Positions 8,227 to 14,507 of a DNA stretch of 20,000 nt are shown here, one piece after another. The DNA lies in the IMG/VR virus record IMGVR_UViG_3300021401_000002. One strand, written 5' to 3'. Under the pieces are notes generated by a model. It ran no database searches and was not told where the DNA came from. It saw only the letters and a list, made by a program, of their open reading frames with translations. How positions within the stretch are numbered: the stretch's first letter is position 1; the number at the start of each line of letters is the position of its first letter. Source of the stretch: an uncultured virus (IMG/VR IMGVR_UViG_3300021401_000002). Its lineage: Duplodnaviria; Heunggongvirae; Uroviricota; Caudoviricetes. The position numbers and the translations under genes are program-made.

Positions 8227-9027
8227 ATGATGAACGCCAGCCTAAAACTGCGTTCCAAAACTAAACCGAAGCCGCGAGAGCGACTCACTTTAGAGGAACA
8301 AACCCAAAAAGACATCGATGAAGGACTGCTTACGATCGAAGAAGCTACCGCCCAATTCAAGTTGCACAATATCAAAGGTCTGACTTGTTTAGAATCGGTC
8401 AGGCGAGCCATTGTCGGAAAGCGCATCTCAGCGACTAGAGCGCAATGGCCAGCTCGTGGATTTCGAATCAAGAAATCAGAAGTAGAATCCCTCATCAAAA
8501 AATTGAAACCCGAAGTCGAAAAAGCAGCGCAGGGAATTCATAAACAGCTCTACGATTTCTTTGCCGCTGACCCATTGCACACTCCCGTTCTCGCTGTCTT
8601 ACAAGGTATTTCGACCTCCGCCGATGAAACCGAACGGATCTATCGGCTATTCAAAAGACATCAACCTACACTTCAAGCTTACAAAGCGAGACAAGCGCAT
8701 CTGGAATGGGAAAACAAACAAACCGAAGCAGCCAAGCAAGAACCCCCATGCGAAGGCTGCAAGAGAACCCACTTCCAGGCGCGACATGAAAGCGCCAATG
8801 TCGTCACCCAAGTTACTAGACGTCCACTCGACCCATGGTTACATGCAGGAACTCAGTTCGATGAATGGGAAATTGCAGCGCTCATCGATTTCAGAGAGAA
8901 GTGGCAATGCTCATCCTGCTTCATGTGGTTGCTCGGTGCTCCTGTCTCGAAAATGAAAGAGCTACTCGATGCTCAACGTCCAAAAGAGGTCTTGACATCT
9001 ACACCGCCCATCAGTGAAACAGGATAA
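8227..9027 (+). CDS. Excisionase/HTH_17-like DNA-binding protein with C-terminal CxxC pairs (266 aa)
   Basis: LLTIEEA...SVRRAIVGKRISATR...GFRIKKSEVESLI matches the winged-HTH excisionase-like pattern. CEGC and CSSC occur later. The start could be 8218, 8227 or 8230. Confidence 0.6.
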   Translation: MMNASLKLRSKTKPKPRERLTLEEQTQKDIDEGLLTIEEATAQFKLHNIKGLTCLESVRRAIVGKRISATRAQWPARGFRIKKSEVESLIKKLKPEVEKAAQGIHKQLYDFFAADPLHTPVLAVLQGISTSADETERIYRLFKRHQPTLQAYKARQAHLEWENKQTEAAKQEPPCEGCKRTHFQARHESANVVTQVTRRPLDPWLHAGTQFDEWEIAALIDFREKWQCSSCFMWLLGAPVSKMKELLDAQRPKEVLTSTPPISETG

Positions 9028-9050
9028 CGCTTTCAAAGAGGTCCAATTCC

Positions 9051-9764
9051 ATGCAATCGCCCCCGCCCCCGCAACAGCCTCCCTACGGTAACCCGCAGCA
9101 GCCGCCATTTGGCGGTCCACCGCACCGTCGTCCTCAGATCTTTGCTCCCATCGCGAGCCTCGCAGAGCTCAAAGACCAAAGCGAAGGTCGCATCCTTCGT
9201 TACGGCGAAGAGATTCGTGGTCGAAGACGCGTGCTCCAGAGGCTTCAAAATGAATGTGGCAACCTCGCCAACGCCGCTCACCACGCGATGCAAGATCCGC
9301 AGATGACCCCCGAGCAAAGGGCGCGCGCTGCCGCCGACGTCGACATGCTCGGCAAGTGGTACGCTGTCGTTGGTCAAGCGCTCGAGATCAACAAACAGTA
9401 CCTCGAAGACATCGTCCAAACCGAGTTCGTTCTGCAAGGCATCGCTCAGCGCTGGGTTGCGGGCATGCCGCCTGATCCGAGCCTGCTCGAACCGCTCACA
9501 GGCTCGCAGCCGCAGCCACAGCCACAGCCGCAACAGCAACAGCAACAGCAGCAACAGCAGCAAAACGCGCCAGAGCCTGAGCCCCAGCACTACGCGGCTT
9601 CTCCACCCGTAACTCAAGCTCAGGCTCCTGCGGCCCCTCATCGTATCGTACCCATGCCGCGAGCCGCTGCCATCGCACCACGTCAGCCTGTGCAAGAACA
9701 GCAACAATCGCCCGAAGAGCCTGCGAAAACGAACAGCGGCAGCGAGCCGCGGACGGCATCGTAG
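9051..9764 (+). CDS. Pro/Gln-rich hypothetical protein with a helical core and a poly-Gln tract (237 aa)
   Basis: SD-like AAGAGGT upstream. (QP)4 followed by Q11 at 9507-9563. Confidence 0.75.
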   Translation: MQSPPPPQQPPYGNPQQPPFGGPPHRRPQIFAPIASLAELKDQSEGRILRYGEEIRGRRRVLQRLQNECGNLANAAHHAMQDPQMTPEQRARAAADVDMLGKWYAVVGQALEINKQYLEDIVQTEFVLQGIAQRWVAGMPPDPSLLEPLTGSQPQPQPQPQQQQQQQQQQQNAPEPEPQHYAASPPVTQAQAPAAPHRIVPMPRAAAIAPRQPVQEQQQSPEEPAKTNSGSEPRTAS

Positions 9765-9811
9765 ACCGTTTTCCGTCAAAGGCGTATCATGAGGAACGAA
9801 AGTAGGTTCCC

Positions 9812-10018
9812 ATGGCTGTCGTCGGACTTCTCACGCTCATCGTCTGCATCCTCGGCCTCGTCGTCTATCTGTCTCTCACCTCCTTCTCTAGAGCGACCTT
9901 CACCGACGTCGCTCGCATCTGTTTTGCGGCTGGGCTCTTGGCCTTCCTCATGAGTCAGGGCGCCTCGAGTTGCTCCATGGGCACCAGCGGCGCTTCCTCG
10001 AGCAGCCAGCATCGATAA
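9812..10018 (+). CDS. Small two-transmembrane-helix protein (68 aa)
   Basis: Two hydrophobic stretches, VVGLLTLIVCILGLVVYLSL and ICFAAGLLAFLM, with AGGT upstream. Confidence 0.65.
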   Translation: MAVVGLLTLIVCILGLVVYLSLTSFSRATFTDVARICFAAGLLAFLMSQGASSCSMGTSGASSSSQHR

Positions 10019-10034
10019 GAAGAGAGAAAGAGGC

Positions 10035-10238
10035 ATGCCGCTCATTCATCGCTGCACCCAAGCCGCGTTCGAAAAGAACGTTCGCACCCTTCATCACGAA
10101 AATCGCACGAGGCGAAGAAAGCGAAGCGCGAAGCAAATCCTCGCTATCGCCTACTCCACCGCTCGCCGCGCCGCCGCGTTCTACAGGAAGAGACCCGCGT
10201 GGCTATTCCGCCGTGCCACTCACCGAACAACGCGATGA
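10035..10238 (+). CDS. Small basic hypothetical protein (67 aa)
   Basis: A purine-rich SD (AAAGAGG) precedes the ATG, and the stop overlaps the next start (ATGA). Confidence 0.6.
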   Translation: MPLIHRCTQAAFEKNVRTLHHENRTRRRKRSAKQILAIAYSTARRAAAFYRKRPAWLFRRATHRTTR

Positions 10239-10771
10239 CCTCTTCATTTTCTTCTCCGTCACCCGACCTGGAGTCCGTGTACTACTCGCCCAGAAGAGCT
10301 CGCCCAGTTCCGAACCCTCCGCGTGCGACGTTCGACGCCGATCGCATCATCAGCGGAAAACCTCCTACTCAGCAAGGATCGCTCTGGCAAGGCGCTGCGA
10401 GCACCGTTCACACGGCCGACATGCACGGCTTCGACGTCGTCGTACTCTGCGCGCAAGAGTTCCAGCCCATCCTTCCGCGTTCCATCGAGGTCATTCGTTT
10501 TCTGAGTGACGACTGCGAGCTCACGATGCCCCATCTCAAGGAAGCAGCCTTTGTCAGTGGAAAGGTCGAGCGCCGCGTACGAGCCGGAAAACATGTACTA
10601 TGCACGTGTTTTGCGGGTTTCAACCGCAGCGGGCTCGTCGTCGCGCTCGCGACGATGAAGCTCACGAAGAAGCCCGGGCGTGAAGTTGTAGACCACATCC
10701 AACGCAGACGCGAAGGCGCGCTTTGCAACGAGAGCTTCGCTCGAGCGCTCCGCAGGCTGAGAGCGGTTTGA
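10235..10771 (+). CDS. Dual-specificity / tyrosine phosphatase family protein (178 aa)
   Basis: P-loop CX5R signature VLCTCFAGFNRSGLVVAL, an upstream acid loop FLSDD, and a C-terminal IQRRREGALCNESF. ATGA-coupled start at 10235. Confidence 0.85.
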   Translation: MTSSFSSPSPDLESVYYSPRRARPVPNPPRATFDADRIISGKPPTQQGSLWQGAASTVHTADMHGFDVVVLCAQEFQPILPRSIEVIRFLSDDCELTMPHLKEAAFVSGKVERRVRAGKHVLCTCFAGFNRSGLVVALATMKLTKKPGREVVDHIQRRREGALCNESFARALRRLRAV

Positions 10772-10772
10772 C

Positions 10773-11093
10773 GTGAGCGCTGAAGAAGAGATCGATAGCT
10801 ACCTTGCACGGTCGCCGATTCAAGACTTAGAAGACTTAGAAGACTGGGACAGGAAATACTTCCAGCACTTCATCCAACGCCTACGCGACCATAAAGGTCC
10901 TAAATTATTCATCGTCGACTTCCAAGAAGTTCCCATGCTTATGAAGATACCTGGATGTCTCAGAATGGAAGGAACGCATATCGGAAACTACCGCATTTAT
11001 ATCTTCGGCGTACCGTGCGAACTTGAAATGCCAACTTGGATTAGCCAAGGACCGGACCGTCCTGAATACATCATAAAAGAACGCAAACCATGA
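10773..11093 (+). CDS. Hypothetical protein (106 aa)
   Basis: GTG start 1 nt after the previous stop, and ATGA overlap with the next gene. Confidence 0.65.
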   Translation: MSAEEEIDSYLARSPIQDLEDLEDWDRKYFQHFIQRLRDHKGPKLFIVDFQEVPMLMKIPGCLRMEGTHIGNYRIYIFGVPCELEMPTWISQGPDRPEYIIKERKP

Positions 11094-11716
11094 GCGCCGC
11101 CCAAACAACTGATAGTAGTCTCAATGGCTGCGACGAGCCATGCAATCGTCGACGCGACTGGGTCGATGTCGGGAGCGCTAAGCAGCTCGCGCTCTACGAA
11201 GCCGATCCCAACTACTCGGGACGCCCAGTCGTCTACGACTTCGAAGACCAAGAGGTCGAGCCTCAAGCGATTCTTCCAGGGCTTCGCAAGGATGTGGGGT
11301 TTGCGAAGAGGTCTTTCCGGAAATGGAAGGACGACAAGGGCCAAGTCATCGAGAAGGCCCCGCGCTACAAAGGCGCGACTTTCTACTCAAAACTCATTCT
11401 CCTTCCGACCGATGTGCACGGCAAACCCCTCAGGCTCGGCAACTTCCAGGTGATGCTCCACGGGAGCAGCAGCTACATCGTCTGCGACTGGTCCAAGCCG
11501 CTCGGCGAAAACGTCGTCTACGTCTCGTCGAAGGGATTTCGCGACGCCTGCATCCTCTGCGGCATGTTCCATCGCTGGGAGCGCTGGCAAGGACCGCTCC
11601 GTAGAAACCAATCACGACACAAGGCCGTCTTCGGCCGCGAAGCAAAACCGAAGCCGCCGCCTCCGCCCGAAGCACCCGATGCCGACGATCTTGGCGAGGA
11701 CGTCACTTTGCGCTAA
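11090..11716 (+). CDS. Hypothetical protein (208 aa) whose 5' end contains a CRISPR repeat copy
   Basis: ATGA-coupled start. The frame stays open through the repeat, which reads as SLNGCDEPCNRRR. Confidence 0.7.
   Translation: MSAAQTTDSSLNGCDEPCNRRRDWVDVGSAKQLALYEADPNYSGRPVVYDFEDQEVEPQAILPGLRKDVGFAKRSFRKWKDDKGQVIEKAPRYKGATFYSKLILLPTDVHGKPLRLGNFQVMLHGSSSYIVCDWSKPLGENVVYVSSKGFRDACILCGMFHRWERWQGPLRRNQSRHKAVFGREAKPKPPPPPEAPDADDLGEDVTLR
11118..11153 (+). repeat. Solitary CRISPR repeat, 35/36 identical to the array consensus
   Basis: GTCTCAATGGCTGCGACGAGCCATGCAATCGTCGAC, with a single G>A at repeat position 23. No second repeat lies at spacer distance on either side. Confidence 0.97.
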
Positions 11717-11745
11717 GTTTTGGACAAGGAGTCTTCGATACTAAC

Positions 11746-12098
11746 GGGAGCGAAATGGTTTCGACAGTGAGAGGAAGATCCCATCTGCGTATGAGCGGCG
11801 CTCGATCCGGTCTGACCAATCGAGCAAGCCCAATTGCGAACGACAACGCAATCGCGAACGCGGCCTAAGAACCGCTTCGCCATCAATGACGTAGACGACT
11901 CGGTATCGTCATTGGTGTGAACCCAACAGAGTCACCATTACCCATTACGAGCGCGAGTCTCGCAAAACCTCGCTGGTGGACGGTGAAAATCGGGAAACCG
12001 ATTCAGCCCCTTCTGTCGGTGGAGCCAATCACCGAATATGTACGTAGATGATGGGATACGAAACTTGCTGGACCTGGGTTCGATTCCCAGCGCTTCCA
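11746..12098 (+). ncRNA. ssrA: tmRNA (one-piece, about 353 nt), tag peptide (A)ANDNAIANAA
   Basis: The 5' end GGGAGCG-AAATGGTTTCGAC pairs with the 3' end CGCTTCC-A, giving a G3·U alanine-identity wobble. T-arm CTGGG-TTCGATT-CCCAG. Tag ORF at 11836-11868: GCG AAC GAC AAC GCA ATC GCG AAC GCG GCC TAA. CCA is not encoded. Confidence 0.95.
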
Positions 12099-12297
12099 CT
12101 AAGTTGTAGAATACAAATAACCTTGAAGTACTTCTTCAAGTCCGTGAAAATTTGGCAGACCTTTTCGGCCGTCGGGACGAATCGTCAAAGAGCAGAACCT
12201 GACGCAGAGGACTTGCCCATTTTCGATCGGCTGTGGCATACAGGTTACTCGCCTTTCACGCGTCCGATACGCGAACGCGGACTGACAATACCCACAG

Positions 12298-12336
12298 AAA
12301 AAAGGCCCACTGGCTCCGCGACGAGCACAGTGGGCC
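12298..12336 (-). terminator. Intrinsic terminator-like hairpin with a U6 tail on the minus strand
   Basis: GGCCCACTG-GCTC/GAGC-A-CAGTGGGCC stem (12304-12336) preceded on the + strand by A6. Confidence 0.5.
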
Positions 12337-12348
12337 AGGAGAGCGTTC

Positions 12349-12975
12349 ATGCCGCTCGACCCGTGCAATATACAGTCTTCCTCTTTGGCGTCAACACCTC
12401 TCGTCTCCTTCGATTCCGAAGCCAAGAGCGAGGTCAGAGCCAAACCCAAAGGCAGAGCAAACGGCAAGCTCAAGGTCAACGGCATTCACAAGAACGGCAT
12501 CCACGGCAACTCGACGCCGATCCCATACGTGCCCGTCGAACCGCGGCCGAATTCGAAAGCTCCGCCGAGCAACGGCATAAAAGCCTCCTCCACAGGTAAG
12601 TGTTCGAGCTGCGGGCGCAAAAACGTGCTCGTCTCGATGCCGCCGATGTGCCGCTGCATCGACCATTCCACTTGTGAGGAGGTTCGAAAGCTCATCGGCC
12701 TCATGCGCTCCGGGAAGCCAATCCCAGTGACGAAACGCGCCGTTGTCGTCACGAAGAGACACGGTGTCCCGTACTACTTGAAAACGGTCTATTATAAGAC
12801 GCGCGAGCTCGTCGCGGGCGAAATCGTGAACGCTCCCACCGCCAATCGCATCGTCGAGAAGACGATCGGCGAGGCGCTCGAGCTTGTGCGCGAGAAGAAC
12901 GAGGCGACGAAGTTCCCGCCCGACAAGGCCAACCAGCTCGCCGCCATCTGGGGCGCCGTGGCGAAGGAGGTCTAG
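12349..12975 (+). CDS. Hypothetical basic protein with a Cys-rich motif (208 aa)
   Basis: SD AGGAG upstream and a CSSC...CRC...C motif. Confidence 0.7.
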   Translation: MPLDPCNIQSSSLASTPLVSFDSEAKSEVRAKPKGRANGKLKVNGIHKNGIHGNSTPIPYVPVEPRPNSKAPPSNGIKASSTGKCSSCGRKNVLVSMPPMCRCIDHSTCEEVRKLIGLMRSGKPIPVTKRAVVVTKRHGVPYYLKTVYYKTRELVAGEIVNAPTANRIVEKTIGEALELVREKNEATKFPPDKANQLAAIWGAVAKEV

Positions 12976-12977
12976 CG

Positions 12978-13250
12978 ATGGTCGGCATAGGCTTCAGTGC
13001 CACCATCACTGGGGACACGACGTTCGGCGAGGTCGATAAGCGTCTCGCCCAAAGCAGGCTCCGGGTCCTGAGCCTCGCGTGGCAAGGCGAAGACGAAACG
13101 TACTCCGTTCGCCTCGGCTACCACCAGTCCAGGTTCAAACACATCTACTTCGGCACCGGAAAGACGCTGCACGCGGCGATCACGAGCGCGCTCAACGAGT
13201 ACGTCATCCACCAAGCCAACACGTACTGCCGCGAACGCACGCAGCCATGA
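12978..13250 (+). CDS. Hypothetical protein (90 aa)
   Basis: Strong SD AAGGAGG before the ATG, and ATGA overlap with the next gene. Confidence 0.75.
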   Translation: MVGIGFSATITGDTTFGEVDKRLAQSRLRVLSLAWQGEDETYSVRLGYHQSRFKHIYFGTGKTLHAAITSALNEYVIHQANTYCRERTQP

Positions 13251-13465
13251 CAACTGTGCTGCTCTTCAAGACGACGGGACCAAACCACCTTGCTGCGCGA
13301 TTACATTCGGATACATGCCAGATGCTTCGAACAGCGAAGCGCGGCAGTTCTGTAAAACGCATCGACAGTCCAACCAAAGAAGACATCGATGATCTCAATG
13401 AACGCGGCTTTCCGGTTGGCGTTTGCAAGTGTCTCAGAAGCCAAACTGTAATCGCTAAGCTGTGA
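13247..13465 (+). CDS. Small putative metal-binding protein (72 aa)
   Basis: ATGA-coupled start at 13247 and an HxxxC...CxC motif. Confidence 0.6.
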   Translation: MTTVLLFKTTGPNHLAARLHSDTCQMLRTAKRGSSVKRIDSPTKEDIDDLNERGFPVGVCKCLRSQTVIAKL

Positions 13466-13469
13466 CCTC

Positions 13470-14507
13470 TTGAGCGTCTCGAACCGCGCTCGCCTTCAAC
13501 GCCTTGCCCGTGAGCAAGGTAGCAAAGCCGCGGCAGCGCGCGCACTGAAAGTCTCCGCGAGCGCCGTACGTCGATGGCTCGAGCGCGGCGTGCCCGATGC
13601 GGTCAAGACCCTCCTCAAGCGCAAGACCAAGAAGTACTACGAGCCGCCGAAGCCGAAGGCCAAGACGAAGGCCAGGGCCAAGGCCAAACCTCAACAGGCG
13701 CAGTCAAAAGCCTCTGCCAAAAAACTGTCAGCCAAAGACAGTTTCATCCTCAAGTCACTTGAGCGTAACCACCTCCAGCCGAGTACTCGAAAAAAGTACC
13801 TCAAAGAGCTGAGCGCCAACGCACGCAAAGTCCTCGCAGCAAAAACACCGTCGGAACCAAAGACTAAGCCAAAAAAGAAACTCACCGAACAAGACCTCTT
13901 CATCCTGAGCTCGTGGAGCGATCTCAGCGAAGACGTTCAGCAGAAATATTTCAAAAAGCTCTCTCCGCTGGGCAAGGCACGCATTCGAAAGCAGGAACGC
14001 GAACATGCCAAAGAACTCGAACAAGACGAGCGAGCCCGAGCAGCAGCGGAAGAAGAACGAAGAAAAATACCGACTCCTGAAAGGATGCTGCGGGACCTCG
14101 ACAATGCACTCAATGATGAAGCCTGGAAAGCGATTCGAGAAGAGGTTCGATTCGACAAGCACATCACTGAGCCAATAGTAATTCAAAAAGACGAAGACCT
14201 TGCAGAAGCATCCATAAAAGCTTCCGTGATCCCTGATGAAAACCGTACCGTCAGAAACCCAAATCGCTTTTACACTGTAATCGCAGCTGTCACTCAATAC
14301 CCACCTGACGGGGACTACAGCCAAAAACCTGTAAAAAGCAAAACGCCTCTTACCATGTTCTATTTCAGTACAGAATCTGTGAATTCGGAAGACAAGCTCC
14401 CCGAAGCTATTGCAAAAGCCATCAACAACATTCGCGGCATGCTTCCAGGAAATGCACCCATCGCTATTGTGGGTACGCACGTGAGAATGGCGCGGGCAAA
14501 AACATGA
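13470..14507 (+). CDS. Lys-rich protein with an N-terminal HTH and an internal duplicated module (345 aa); candidate terminal or replication-initiation protein
   Basis: HTH AAAARALKVSASAVRRWLERG. Its stop overlaps the polB start (ATGA). The TTG start is uncertain, and the function is inferred from position only. Confidence 0.7.
   Translation: MSVSNRARLQRLAREQGSKAAAARALKVSASAVRRWLERGVPDAVKTLLKRKTKKYYEPPKPKAKTKARAKAKPQQAQSKASAKKLSAKDSFILKSLERNHLQPSTRKKYLKELSANARKVLAAKTPSEPKTKPKKKLTEQDLFILSSWSDLSEDVQQKYFKKLSPLGKARIRKQEREHAKELEQDERARAAAEEERRKIPTPERMLRDLDNALNDEAWKAIREEVRFDKHITEPIVIQKDEDLAEASIKASVIPDENRTVRNPNRFYTVIAAVTQYPPDGDYSQKPVKSKTPLTMFYFSTESVNSEDKLPEAIAKAINNIRGMLPGNAPIAIVGTHVRMARAKT

Noticed and set aside
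9033..9779. Long antisense ORFs (also 1564-2373 +, 13755-14480 -, 6846-7952 +)
   Set aside because: These are shadow frames of GC-rich or low-complexity genes that have better start signals and operon coupling on the other strand.
11746..12098. Host ssrA used as a prophage attachment site
   Set aside because: Both flanks look viral. I saw no integrase, smpB or duplicated ssrA 3' end in the window, though this cannot be excluded outside it.
12122..12140. CTTGAAG/CTTCAAG hairpin as a tmRNA terminator
   Set aside because: It is a real 7-bp inverted repeat but AT-rich and without a U tract, so too weak to call.
12048..12599. 183-aa + strand ORF and 128-aa minus-strand ORF after the tmRNA
   Set aside because: They overlap the tmRNA 3' end or the better-supported gene at 12349, which has an SD. 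They have no recognisable motifs.
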